Assembly (NCBI GenBank): GCA_951406725.2
Contig: OX597817.1
Span: forward strand, 67,332,001 to 67,396,000
Direction of reading: 5' to 3'
DNA length: 64,000 nucleotides
From: Octopus vulgaris
Lineage: Eukaryota
This document shows, in pieces, positions 39,637 to 53,143 of the stretch. The position numbers and the translations under genes are program-made. How positions within the stretch are numbered: the first letter of the stretch is position 1; each line of letters starts with the position of its first letter. Below the pieces are notes generated by a model. The model had not been told where the DNA came from. It ran no database searches and saw only the letters and a program-made list of their open reading frames with translations.

Positions 39637-40026
39637 TCTATATATATAAAAGTGAAGTTGTGTGAGTGTCTGTCTCCTACGATTTAGATTCCTAACTACT
39701 CCCTCATTTTGCGGTGCAGTTTAACCAAAACCGGGTATCTTATAGTCGTGATTCATATCGAGCCCTTCTGGGTATTAGCGCGCGTCTACGATGAGTCTAC
39801 GATTAAAAATAAAATTTACTATCATTTTTCCATTTTAATACATTTTTTCGCTATTATATAAGGGAAGTAACTCTCTAAAAATGTCTACGATGAGTCAACG
39901 ATTTAAAAAAAAATTACCATAATTTTTTATTCCATTTTTAATGCATTTTTTTTGCTATAACTCTCTAAAAATGCTTATATAGTTATTTCCCTTACAAACA
40001 CGAGCAACGCCGGGCGATACTGCTAG
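39637..40026 (+). mobile_element. Solo non-autonomous Helitron, same family as 17665-18835
   Basis: A|TC start, CTAG|T end, subterminal hairpin, no TSD. Confidence 0.9.
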
Positions 40027-40569
40027 TTTAATAATAAAACAACTTGGTGTTTGGCTTTAGTTGGAGCATGTAGCGGTATTATTATTCAACACTGCTCGAC
40101 TCTTTTCCACTAGGTATTTGAAAATATTTAATTGATTTATTATGACAAACTCGTTGAATATGAGATGCGTGTTAAGGATACAATATTTGAATTGGTTTGG
40201 AAAGTATAATATAATTAGGCCGACTGCGGTTTAAGACTTATTGTACGGGGCTGTTAATTAAGCATTATGAAATATCTGAAACATATTACCTTCGCTGTTA
40301 CAGTGAAAATTACGCCACTCCTGGTTTGATTAGATGATAACAAATTTCCAAACATAACAGACGGGATGAGGTAAGGACTGAGTGATGGAGAGAGAGAGGG
40401 AGAGAGGCAGACAGACAGAGACAGAGAGAAGATGGGCGAGTATTTACCGAGGAGCTATAAGTTTGCATAGAGAGGAGTAGAACAAAGGATTTAATTAGAT
40501 ATGCTTTTAGTACAGACATAGTCGAGACGTGAACGCTAGATAGTTAATATGTATACTGGGCTCCAAATG

Positions 40570-40785
40570 CGGCGTGGTGGTACAATCATTAGCACGCTGG
40601 GCAAAATACTCTGCCGCATTTCGTCCGTCCTTATTTTCTGAGTTCAAATTCCGCTCGAGTCGATTTTACCTTTCATCCTCTCGGGGTCGATAAAATAAGT
40701 ACCAGTTCAACATTGAGGTCGAGGTAATCGACTAGCCCCATCCCCTGAAAGTGGTGGTCTTGTGCCAAAATTTGAAACCAATATT
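40570..40785 (+). mobile_element. SINE family C
   Basis: GAGTTCAAATTCC...CCTTTCATCCTCTCGGGGTCGATAAAATAAGTACCAGT. Confidence 0.8.
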
Positions 40786-40984
40786 CTGGTTTTATGTGCA
40801 TTACTTTCCCATAATGCCCATTAGGTTTGATTTTTTTTTAGACTTATACTATTATTGCTTGTATATCCGCTTTCAGACCTCTTTGAATTGGATAATATAG
40901 CTTCAAGTAATCTCCTGTAATCAGTTTAGTCGCCCATAACGTCTTCTACAAATGCTTGTTGTTATGCCAATAAAATATATTTAT

Positions 40985-41043
<59 letters not shown>

Positions 41044-41073
41044 TTATACATAATACACATAAAACATATACAT

Positions 41074-41148
<75 letters not shown>

Positions 41149-41699
41149 ATATATACATATATATATTAGTGATGCGTGATTGTGTGTGTGCCGTGACGTA
41201 AACATAGATATTTATACGAATAGGTGCGTGTATTATGCATTTCTCATATGTATACATATTCGTAATGAAATAAGGCATCGCATGGTATTTGGATTATTAA
41301 ATTCGATATATGTAAACATATTTATGTTCGCTCTGTAGATATTCTAGTTGGCACTGAATCTCCGAGAATAGGAAAAAGAGAGAGAAAGACACAGAGAGAG
41401 AGCGAGAGAGCGAGAGAGAAGACGGAGCGAGAGAGACCACGAAAAGTGCGAATAGAATATTGGTATGCCGATTCTTGTGACTGTGAGGTATCAATTATCA
41501 GGTTAAATGTGATTTGATGAAATCAAGAGATCTGGAAGGCAAATCTAGTTTTTGCTATTTTTATTCAGAGCACAGGAAGAATATTTCACATTGTTTGTGT
41601 GATTGTTTGTGTGTGTGTATCTGTGTTTGTGTATACACACCCACATACGCGCGTTCACACACACACACATGTAAGTATTAGAAAATCTAGCAATGAAAG

Positions 41700-41920
41700 C
41701 AGTCGTGGCACTCCGTCGGTTACGACGACGAGGGTTCCAGTTGATCCGATCAACGAAACAGGCTGCTCGTGAAATAAACGTGCAAGTGGCTGAGCACTCC
41801 ACAGACACGTGTACTCTTAATGTAGTTCTCGGGAAGATTCAGCGTGACAGAGAGTTCGACAAGACTGGCCCTTTGATATACAAATACAACAGAAATAGGA
41901 AGAAAGAGTGAGAGAAAGCT
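41700..41920 (-). mobile_element. SINE family A, 3' portion
   Basis: Homologous to 37999-38220. Confidence 0.8.
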
Positions 41921-42011
41921 GTGTGCATATGTGTGCTTATATCCATGTGTATGTGTGTGTTTGTCTATGTATGTATGTATGTATGTATGTATGTATCTAT
42001 GTATGTATATG

Positions 42012-42043
<32 letters not shown>

Positions 42044-42683
42044 TGTATGTATGTATGTATGTATATGTTTGCGTGTATGAGATAGAGAATATTTATATTT
42101 AGAAGAATGGTAAAAAGAAGTGTAACTTTTAATCTTTTACTTGGTTACAGTCATTGGATTGTGGCCTTGCTGGGGCACCATCTTTTAGAGGTTAGTCGAA
42201 CAAATCTACCCCAGTATTTGTTCAATAGGTTTTTTTTTTAAATCTACCTCTAAGTTAGAGCGATGTAAGCAAATCAAAACCGGTTATCAAGAAATGGGAT
42301 TACGGACGAACACAAAAGCAGACACGCAACTACAGACACACACACACACACACATATGCGTCGGATTTAAGGATTAATATATAGTTATAAGGATTAGTGC
42401 ATTTTAATTTTATTTCATATATAAAAAGATTAGTATCATCAGAAATATACCTATTTCCTGTATTTCAGTCAGTAGATACTTAAATATTAAGGGTGCATCA
42501 AATAACTATAGTATTAGCAGTAGCAAGGGTAATAGAAGCCAATGATTTTTGCGTGTGTATTTTGCTGGTAATTCCATCTCGTATCTGTTTATTTTTTCGG
42601 AAAAGAATCCGTGAATAAATAAAAACATTCCCTTTTTCGCTATTCAGATCCAGTCATGGCTGTGTGGTAAGAAGCTTGCTTCC

Positions 42684-44394
42684 GGTATAGCGTTTGGCAG
42701 TTGGATTGTGGATTTTGAGTGTAACATACGTGTTTTTTGGTTGTCTTGGCGGTGCGACGTTTTTCCGCTTGTTTAATGGATGGGCGTCGTGTGAGGAGCT
42801 GTGAAGGCTTGAATTGTTCAGACTTTGTGAACTACCCTTTTTCGCACTTTGTGTCGTCTGAGGAGAGATGGCAGAATGCTTAAATAGAATTTATGAGAAA
42901 ATGGAAGCAAAAAATTATGCTACAGCGGCAAAAGAAGAAAAAAGTGAGGACGTGAGTCTGGAAGAATTAAGTAAATTTTTTAAAATGCTTAAAAGGGAGG
43001 GGAACGAAGTGAAAGGGTTCCCTCCCAAAAAAGTTTTAAAGGAGAAATAAGAAAGAACAATTATTTACAGGACGTATTCTGTAGCAGCAAAGAGAATTGA
43101 AGTCACGCCGACAGTACAAATCGAAAAGGCACTTAGACCTATCTGGCAAGGGATTTCCTACCTTGCCAGAGGAAAAAAGTTTGGAATGGTGGAGGTGCAG
43201 TTCCAGGAGGTAGTTAACACCAGGCTAAACCGTTGAGAACAGACGAAATGGTGCTTCTACCCGTATACCTTGGGAGACGTGCTTCCAGGGTTAAGGTAGA
43301 GGAAATACTCTCAGAAGTGGAGGTAGCTTGGCTAGTAACTGCCATACTGCTAGGCATGGAGAAGGTGGTGGTCCTCCACGCCACCAGAACACCTCACATG
43401 AACTGGCAAGGACAAAACCTGGCATGGATAAAAGTTGCAGAGGAAGATATTGAAAATATGGCCGAGACCATCACTGTTAGAGTGGAAGGAAGGATCCCGC
43501 GGTGCTATAAATGTTGCCTTAAAGGCCACATTGGAGCGGACTGTCTTCCACCACTCGTGAAGGATAAAGAGAAACAAGAGAATGAGTGGGAAATTGAGAC
43601 TTCACTTCCGACGAAAACTAGTACCAGCATCGCGGAGGTGGAAGTGAACGAGGAAAGGAGCGGATGCGAAGCGGCTTGGAAGAAAAAAGAAAACGAAGAA
43701 AAAGAGTACAGGTTGTAAATGACGACCCCATTCCACACCTACCCGACTCCCACCCACATCCACTCTTCCCCAACCACTCCCAAGAGATACTAACACTCTT
43801 TATGCCCCACCTGACATAAAGACAAGCACAAGCACATAGGAGCCCCAAATTTCCCCACCCTCACCTGGTAATGAAAAATATGTCATACTGTACGATGGAG
43901 AAAATGAATAACTTGATAATGAGATAAACTCGTGGAATAGAGTGATAAAAGTAGATATAACAGGAGTAAAGGGGTTGCCCGGGTACATGCGCTGTGTAAT
44001 GGCAGACTCGGGGTGCCTTTCAAGATTAACGGATTATGAGGAAGACTTTGACTATGAGTGGTGGGTAAAGAAAATAGACACCAGCACAATGCTAGAACGG
44101 ATAAGCTGTATTGATATTCAAAAAAAAATATAATATAAACATTTTGCGTAAAAATGAAAGCTAGTTGTTACAAACGGTGTTACAAATAGTGTTATAAACC
44201 AGTATCCGAAAAAATCAAGTTGTATTAACAGGTTCAATGAAGTCGCTCGGAGGAGGGGCCGAACAGATTTATTCCATTGTTTCATTATATTCAGTTCATC
44301 TTTTCCATTCGTTTTGCTGGGGTTTTTTTGGGTTTTTTTTGTCCCCACCTTGTTCCCTCTATGTAAGTCCTTCATGGTCAATTTCATGAAATAT
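42684..44394 (+). mobile_element. ORF1-only L1/Tx1-like insertion (decayed gag-like ORF with CCHC knuckle) inside a SINE B head
   Basis: 14-bp TSD AGAAG(C/T)TTGCTTCC at 42670-42683 and 44395-44408. Broken ORF 42868-43718 with VRVEGRIPRCYKCCLKGHIGADC. No RT or EN motifs seen. Confidence 0.75.
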
Positions 44395-46185
44395 AGAAGT
44401 TTGCTTCCCAACTACATGGTCTTGGGTTCATCTCACTGCGTGGCACTTTGGGTGAGTTTCTTTCTACTATAGTTCCGGGCCGAGCAAAGCCTATTGAGTA
44501 GATGGATTTGGTAGGTAGATGGAAATGGAAAGAAGCCCGTCGAATATACATCTCTGTGTGTGTGTGTATGTATTTATGTCTTTACATTTGTGTATTTGCA
44601 TCTGTTCCCCTCTCCAGCTTGACAACCGTTAATGGTTTGTTCACGTCCCTTAAGAGAAAAAGTACAAGTCTTAAAAATAAAATAATTGTTGTTTGCCTAA
44701 AACCTTTAAGGTGGTTCTCCAGCATGGCCACATTTTAATGAGAGAAATAAATAAACGATAAAAGCCCCATACTTTGAATATCACGGTTATATTTATAAGG
44801 GAAGACATTCTTGACGTATCTAAAAAGAAAGAATTTAAACATGTTTAGATCAATTGTAGATGGAGATTAGTGGAATTACTGATTTACAAATTACGATAAC
44901 ATTCGAGCTTTAGTATTGTTTAGACAAAAATCAGCTCTAATTGGGCAGAACTGTGCTTAAGGTCATCTCTACTGTAACTTTAAAAAAAAAGTGGTATTGA
45001 GAACAATTATTTTTTAAGACGGAAAAATGTAGTTTGAAGAAGTTATTGTTATATTTACCAATTTCATAGTTTAAAGCTTATTCGTTAGTTCGACGTCTTA
45101 GTACTTTTAGTAGGTTATATTAGTGTTCCAAATTGGAGAATTTACTTGAATAGAATAGTAATAGCTGAGAAATTCGTTTATCTTGAGAGTGCAGCAGTGA
45201 GAAATTCATTACTAAAGTGGTCTATAACTCTTGGGATGAGTTGCTCTAAAAACAATTCATGAAATTGAAGAATTCAGAGATTCCATGACACTCCTTTGAC
45301 ATTATGTAACGTTATAAGTCGGTGATCTTACAGAGCCGTTAGTATGCTGGCCAAAATGCTTAACTGCATTTCGTCGGTCAAATTCCGCCGAGGTCGACTT
45401 TGCTTATCATACTTTCGGGATCGATAAAATAAATACCAGTTGAGTATTGGGGTCGTTGTGATCGACTAGACCCCTCCTTCAAAATGGCTGGCCTCGCACC
45501 AAAATTTGAAACCAATATTATGTAAAGTTATCATCTTCCTTCCATTGATTCTATTACTTTTCTTTCCTCTCTTCATCTGTCTGATTATCATCATTATAAA
45601 TTCTTCGTTTAAATGTCTGATATGAATATCATATGTTTTTACTCTACATAATCCCATAATTTAAGATTCAACAACAGAAAATGCGTTGAGTTATAGAAAC
45701 GCAATCATAAATAATTAATTAGAAAATCTGTTATCATTGTCAATATTCTCAAAACAAAAATACAGCTAATATAAGCAAGTTTAATAATTCCTCTTCGGCT
45801 ATGGCTAAAAATTAGCGTTACCACGTTCATGCCCAATCAAAATTTGTTGTCACACACTTCTGATTATAAATCAGATTTCTGCTCTTCGGTAAACTTATGC
45901 GTTATATATTTTATTCTTTGTGTTCTTTTACTTGTTTCGGTCATGTGACGGCGGCCATGCTGGAGCACCGCCTTTAGTCGAACAAATCACCCATAGGGTT
46001 TACTCTTTGTAAGCCTAGTACCTATTCTGTCGGTCCCTTTTGCCGAACCGCTAAGTTACGGGGGACGTAAACACACCAGCATCGGTCGTCAAGCGATTGT
46101 GGAGCGACAAACACAGACATACAGATACATACATAGATATATATGCAACCATATACATGTACACATATACATATCCGCACACACG

Positions 46186-46232
<47 letters not shown>

Positions 46233-46817
46233 ACACATACACATACGCGCTCAATTATATTATGCACGTTTAAAATATGCATATGCATGTGCTCACTCAC
46301 ACTCGTGTGAAACACATGCATGCACACCCACACATGCACCTATATATATATACATATATATGCAACCATATACATGTATACATATACATACCCGCACACA
46401 TGTACACACACACGTATATATATACCCATACGCGCACAAATATGTTCCTATACACGTCTATATACGCACATGCACAAAAAATGCAGAGTGAAAGGTGATA
46501 TACAGAAAAAATATGTAAAAATATATAAAGCAATAAAAATATATAAAAATATATATAAAAATAAAAATATATATAAATATAGAGAGAGGGATAAAATGCT
46601 TGTACGCGGACACAATATAAAAAGCTGGTCCTATCTGTGATCTTGGCGGGGACCCAAAACGCAACAAATATTTAGCCATATGTGGACATGATACAAAAAG
46701 TTCACTTCTTGAATTTAGACATGTAGTGGGGTCTAAGCTGCATTTCCATGACCGCCCCGACATCCGAAACTCGGAGTTTTATTATGGTAACAGAATAAAT
46801 GTCACATATTATATTAC

Positions 46818-46970
<153 letters not shown>

Positions 46971-47120
46971 CATATATATAGATTGAGAGGGGGGGAAGGA
47001 GGGAGAGAAGAGAGTAACAGACCTCGGACTGACCGAATGAGAGACAGACAGAAAAACAGACAGTGAGACAGCGAGCCAGCCAGCCAGACAGACAGACAGG
47101 TAGGTAGGTAGGTAGGTAGG

Positions 47121-47221
<101 letters not shown>

Positions 47222-47738
47222 TTAAATAAATGCATATACAGAAACATGGAAACACACTTATTGAATTGAAGATAATTCCTGGATGCCATTACATTGTGGT
47301 AGTGCATTTTAATTATGAATGTACAGACACCTGTCATAACATCCTGTTATAGATAATATTGCTCAAGGTAAAATATGTTCAGAATTAATTGTAGACAATC
47401 ACTCAGGAAGTGGAGTCTGTGGGTTGTGCATGTATCCTTGTATTTTTGGAGACACAGACATAGCAATCGAGGACGTGCTTGTACACATACATGCATGCAC
47501 ATACATACATACATACATACATACATACATACATACATACATACACAAACACATACATCTACATATACAAACTACATGTTCATATAATATATATATATGC
47601 ACACGTCCTTGAATATGGATATATACCTATGTGCATACGTGTATATTAGCGTGCTCGGATACACATATGTGTGTGTGTTGATATATATATATATAATATG
47701 CGTAACTATATACAAACTCGTGTGTACACATATGTATG

Positions 47739-47807
<69 letters not shown>

Positions 47808-47877
47808 GATAGATAGATAGATAAACTTACTTGGAAATGGATGCATGGCGTTCAATCGTATAATAATATAATATATA

Positions 47878-49356
47878 TCTCCCCTTGCTAATCTGTGGAG
47901 AAACTCACTGGATGCTGGCTATATTCCAAAAAACCTTCTGTCCCAGTCTGTTGTCCCAGTTTTCAAAAAGGGAAACAAGTCCCTTGCAGTGAATTACCGT
48001 CCGATCTCACTCACCTCTCATATCATCAAGGTATTTGAGAGGGTGGTGAGATCTCGAATAACCCAATTTCTGGAAAGCAACAGACGGCTGATCTCCAACC
48101 AACATGGGTTCCGTAATGGAAGGGACTGCCTAACGCAGCTCCTGCATCACTTTGAGGACATTTTGAGAGCTTTGGGAGAGGGCTCCAACACCGATGTCAT
48201 CTACCTTGATTTCAGTAAGGCCTTCGACAGGGTCGATCACAAGATCCTATTGAAAAAACTATCCAACATTGGTGTCTCTGGAAAGTTACTGAAATGGATC
48301 AAGTGTTTCCTGACAGACAGATCTCAACATGTTGTAGTTGAAGGGGTAAAATCAAGCTCAGCCAAAGTCAGTAGTGGCGTTCCGCAAGACACTGTGCTGG
48401 GCCCACTTCTTTTCATCATTTACATTAATGACATTAATGACATCATCAAGCACAGCAACATAAAAATCTTTGCAGATGACTCCAAGCTACAGAAGGTCAT
48501 AAATGAGGCGAGTGACCGGACATGCCTTCAGTCAGATCTACTGGCTGTTATCCAATGGGCAGAAAAAAACAATATGCTGCTGAACGAGGATAAATTTGAG
48601 CTAATCCACTTTGGAAAAGAGGATGCCCTGAAACTCCCATACTCCCTTCCTTCAGGTGAAACTCTCGCGGCGTCCAACAACATCAGAGACTTGGGAGTAA
48701 TTGTGGACAACAACATAAGCTGGGCCACTCATATAAACACCAAAGTTGACATGGCCCGCAGAATGTGTTCCTGGATTCTCAGAACTTTCCAGTCGAGAGA
48801 TATCCACACCATTATCCTTCTCTTCTCCACTTTTGCCCGACCCCACCTTGAATACTGTTGTCCACTGTGGTCTCCCCACACAATACAAGGTATCATAAAA
48901 GTTGAAGCACCTCAAAGGGCAATCACAAAAAAGATAGATGGCATGACAGGCCTCGACTATTGGGGTCGACTAGAAAAGCTAAAACTCTATTCTCTCCAAC
49001 GTCGTCGTGAGCGCTACATCATCTGCATGATGTGGAAAATATTCCATCAGCATTGCCCAAATGATGTTGGCATCACCTTCAGGGTACATCCAAGGCTTGG
49101 GCCCCGTGCCATCCGCCCAAAACAAAAATCGCACTCTCATCTCATAACAACAATACGGCACAATTATTTCACCTCAATTGGCCCCGCTCTCTTTAACATT
49201 ACACCAAAACACATTAAAACAGAAACTGACCCTATAGGGTTCAAGAAGTCTTTGGACAGATTCCTTCAAGAAATCCCGGATAAACCCCCTACACCTGGAT
49301 ATGTCTCTGTAAACAATAACTCTCTACTTGAGTGGGCCATAGTGCCCAAATTCTGA
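47878..49356 (+). CDS. LINE ORF2 C-terminal half (reverse transcriptase); no true start, no endonuclease
   Basis: NYRPISLTS, QHGFR, LDFSKAFDRVDH, SGVPQDTVLGPLLF (G to D in the QG motif), FADD, RPHLEYC. Confidence 0.85.
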   Translation, partial: SPLANLWRNSLDAGYIPKNLLSQSVVPVFKKGNKSLAVNYRPISLTSHIIKVFERVVRSRITQFLESNRRLISNQHGFRNGRDCLTQLLHHFEDILRALGEGSNTDVIYLDFSKAFDRVDHKILLKKLSNIGVSGKLLKWIKCFLTDRSQHVVVEGVKSSSAKVSSGVPQDTVLGPLLFIIYINDINDIIKHSNIKIFADDSKLQKVINEASDRTCLQSDLLAVIQWAEKNNMLLNEDKFELIHFGKEDALKLPYSLPSGETLAASNNIRDLGVIVDNNISWATHINTKVDMARRMCSWILRTFQSRDIHTIILLFSTFARPHLEYCCPLWSPHTIQGIIKVEAPQRAITKKIDGMTGLDYWGRLEKLKLYSLQRRRERYIICMMWKIFHQHCPNDVGITFRVHPRLGPRAIRPKQKSHSHLITTIRHNYFTSIGPALFNITPKHIKTETDPIGFKKSLDRFLQEIPDKPPTPGYVSVNNNSLLEWAIVPKF

Positions 49357-49430
49357 CTTGAAAGACTTCACCAGGTGGTGCTATTAAGTTAGACATGGCC
49401 TGGGCCAATAATGGCCGAAACCTATCAAAG
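47878..49430 (+). mobile_element. 5'-truncated CR1-group LINE with intact 3' end, inserted in (TA)n
   Basis: Uninterrupted frame from 47878 to the stop at 49356, short 3' UTR with stem-loop, TA-rich flanks. Confidence 0.93.
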
Positions 49431-49447
49431 TATATATGCATATATAC

Positions 49448-49514
<67 letters not shown>

Positions 49515-49591
49515 TGCAGCGTGGAAGGTGTTTATAAGCCATTTAAGAAACACACAAAAGCCGTTCGATTCACTCCAACATTTAAGTTTAA

Positions 49592-49641
49592 TTTGTCAAA
49601 ATATTTTCGTCGCTAAAATCCGCGACCTGTTCACTGACAAA
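49592..49641 (-). ncRNA. Inverted duplicate of the G3-C8 hammerhead
   Basis: Exact reverse complement of 51324-51373. Confidence 0.7.
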
Positions 49642-50028
49642 GTCCGTGCTGCATCTAAGAAAGTAACAGTTAGTTCGTCATATATATGTACGTATGTATG
49701 TGTGTATGTATGCATACATGTGTGTATGTATGTACGTATGCATGTACGCACATACGCCTGTGTGTGCATGTATGTATGTATGTATGTATATATGTACGTG
49801 TGTGTATAAGCACGCATATACACTCTATAAAACATAAAGTTATAAACCTGTAGCGATGGATGGATGTAGAGTGACCACTCATCACAACGCTATCAAATTT
49901 CAACTCCCTACGGCCGAGGCTAGAAAGTGAATTTATGACGCTTGCTCACAAGAACTATACCCTAAAATCTATTATCAGATTTTTATCTCTATATCACAGA
50001 ACTAATGTTTTACTATTGTTCGTATGTA

Positions 50029-50345
50029 TGTGCCAGGAGGGAGCTTGCGCGGCTAACCCGGAGTCATACATAGGTGAGACCTCTAGAAGCATCAATGATA
50101 GGTTCAAAGAACACCTGGACAACTACATTGTAAGGAAGCCAAACTCCATCTTCTACCAACATGCTGTAGACTGCCACAAGGGATCCTTAGGGGAGCTTAA
50201 GTTGAACATCCTATCAACACATCCCACCGATGCAATGCTGAGACAGGTCACAGAAGCTGTTTGTATACAAGAATACAAACCTACTCTCAACCGAAAGTCC
50301 GAATGGAATAACATCCAGAACCCATTCAGAAGGACTATTCTATAA
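50029..50345 (+). pseudogene. GIY-YIG endonuclease C-terminal fragment, Penelope-like (Naiad-like signature)
   Basis: SYIGETSRSINDRFKEH...HAVDCH...LRQVTEAVCI...LNRKSEW. Confidence 0.88.
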
Positions 50346-51323
50346 CCACCCCTCTCTCTCTCACTTTCACCTGTAATCCTTACATACAGGTTGCAATGCG
50401 TATGTGCAGTTATATACAACGGTATGAGCAGACGTTGTTTGATACGAACAGTTGCACCTAGGCGTTGTATCCATTCACGGTTAGACGATGATGAGAGGAA
50501 CAAACACACACCCACACACATATATATATATGTGTGTGCGTCTATACTAACATATATGTAAATATGTATACAACCTTCAGCAAAGTAACAGTCATGTACA
50601 CAACTTGGACGGACACATGCCAGTACACGGACATACGTTCACATACACATACACATGTACACTCTCTCACGGACACATCTACCCATTCTCCTAGACACTC
50701 ACATACATACGTAGCACATGAATACAAACATACATACATACCTACGTATGGGCATACACACGTACATACGCACGTACATGTACGCACACACATACATGGG
50801 CACATGCATACGAGCGCGTATACATACATACGCACATGCGTACGTATGTACATACACACATACATACATACATACATACATACATACATACATACATACA
50901 TACATACATACATACATACATACATACGCACATACATACATACATACGAACAATAGTAAAACATTAGTTCTGTGATATAGAGATAAAAATCTGATAATAG
51001 ATTTTAGGGTATAGTTCTTGTGAGCAAGCGTCATAAATTCACTTTCTAGCCTCGGCCGTAGGGAGTTGAAATTTGATAGCGTTGTGATGAGTGGTCACAC
51101 TACATCCATCCATCGCTACAGGTTTATAACTTTATGTTTTATAGAGTGTATGTGCGTGCTTATACACACACGTACATATATACATACATACATACATGCA
51201 CACACAGGCGTATGTGCGTACATGCATACGTACATACATACACACATGTATGCATACATACACACATACATACGTACATATATATGACGAACTAACTGTT
51301 ACTTTCTTAGATGCAGCACGGAC

Positions 51324-51373
51324 TTTGTCAGTGAACAGGTCGCGGATTTTAGCGACGAAAATATTTTGACAAA
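51324..51373 (+). ncRNA. Minimal type I hammerhead with swapped G3-C8 core
   Basis: TTTGTCA-GTGAACA-G-GTCGC-ggatttta-GCGAC-GAAA-ATAT-TT-TGACAAA; sense orientation, downstream of the GIY-YIG ORF. Confidence 0.7.
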
Positions 51374-51534
51374 TTAAACTTAAATGTTGGAGTGAATCGA
51401 ACGGCTTTTGTGTGTTTCTTAAATGGCTTATAAACACCTTCCACGCTGCAATTGTTTTCGTTTCAGCACACGATCTCAGATCAAATTACTTGCTATGCGA
51501 GTACATCTCCCTATATATATATATATATGCATAT

Positions 51535-52147
51535 ATGCATATATGGGTACAAGACATCGCAAAACATGAAATACGAAATCATGGAATACGAACTTTTTTA
51601 TGCAAACAACGAAAGAAAGAAATGGAAAAACAATACAAGTAACATAATGAACAACCCTTCATCAGTTGTCTCTCTCTTTCTCTCTCTCTCTCTCCTTTCG
51701 TTTCCTCTCTCTTCCTTCCTTTAATTTCTTTTATCTCCCCTTCTCCTCCTTCCATTTTTTTCTCACCTTCACCGTTTTCTATCTGTACCTCTCTCTTTCT
51801 CACTCTTCCTCATTTACTCTCACGTTGCTCACCCGTGGCCATCGGCCATCTTTCTTTTCCTAACTTGAGCTTCTTTCTTTCCTTCCTGTCTGCCGCACAG
51901 ATCAGACGCATTCTTGTCTGTCTCCTCTCCTATCTTTTCTCCTGTCAAAACTTGTTCCTCCAGCGTTCGCCACCTTACTTCGTAATGGTTTAGCAGCCCT
52001 TACTGTTTGTTTTTCACTGTCTTGTTTTTCCATTTGTTTCTTTCGTTGTTCGGATAAAAAAGTTCGTACTCCATGTCTTCGTATTTCATATTTCATATTG
52101 TTTTACGTTTTGTGACGTCCTGTACCCATATATGCATATATACATAC

Positions 52148-52229
<82 letters not shown>

Positions 52230-52325
52230 GTTGTTCGGATAAAAAAGTTCGTACTCCATGTCTTCGTATTTCATATTTCATATTGTTTTACGTTTTGTGA
52301 CGTCCTGTACCCATATATGCATATA
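51535..52325. mobile_element. (TA)n-associated repeat with inverted ~100-bp termini and a local duplication
   Basis: 51535-51635 is inverted at 52020-52140; 52228-52325 duplicates 52044-52141. A lone CTGATGAAGGG lies on the minus strand at ~51655-51665. Confidence 0.65.
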
Positions 52326-52376
52326 TACATACATAAACATACATTACTAATTAATATAAATATCAATATTTGTCAG

Positions 52377-52907
<531 letters not shown>

Positions 52908-53091
52908 TATTCCGAAATACTTTTCCTACCCGACATGCAGTTCGAAAAAGCCCGCCATTTACCGAATATATGATTTATAAACATTCCATGTGCTTGGCCG
53001 GAGTGAATAGATGTCTGTTCGTCTTCGCTAGGTAAGGTTGGTGGTTTATTTATGATGTGTTCAGAATCAGTTCTGCTGAGGATCATAAGAC

Positions 53092-53139
<48 letters not shown>

Positions 53140-53143
<4 letters not shown>

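Larger units (their letters stand above)
49510..51511 (+). mobile_element. 5'-truncated Penelope-like element with an inverted copy of its 3' region at the 5' end
   Basis: Near-identical ~520-bp inverted arms 49510-50031 and ~50936-51455 enclose a GIY-YIG fragment; (TA)n on both sides. Confidence 0.88.

Noticed and set aside
49935-50028. N-terminal part of the 136-aa ORF
   Set aside because: It derives from the inverted non-coding arm fused to the GIY-YIG fragment, so it is not a real start.
50345-51320. SECIS element, reported for some Naiad Penelope elements
   Set aside because: ATGA words are present but I could not build the GA quartet with an AA apical loop, and the fragment has no in-frame TGA. 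SECISearch would settle it.
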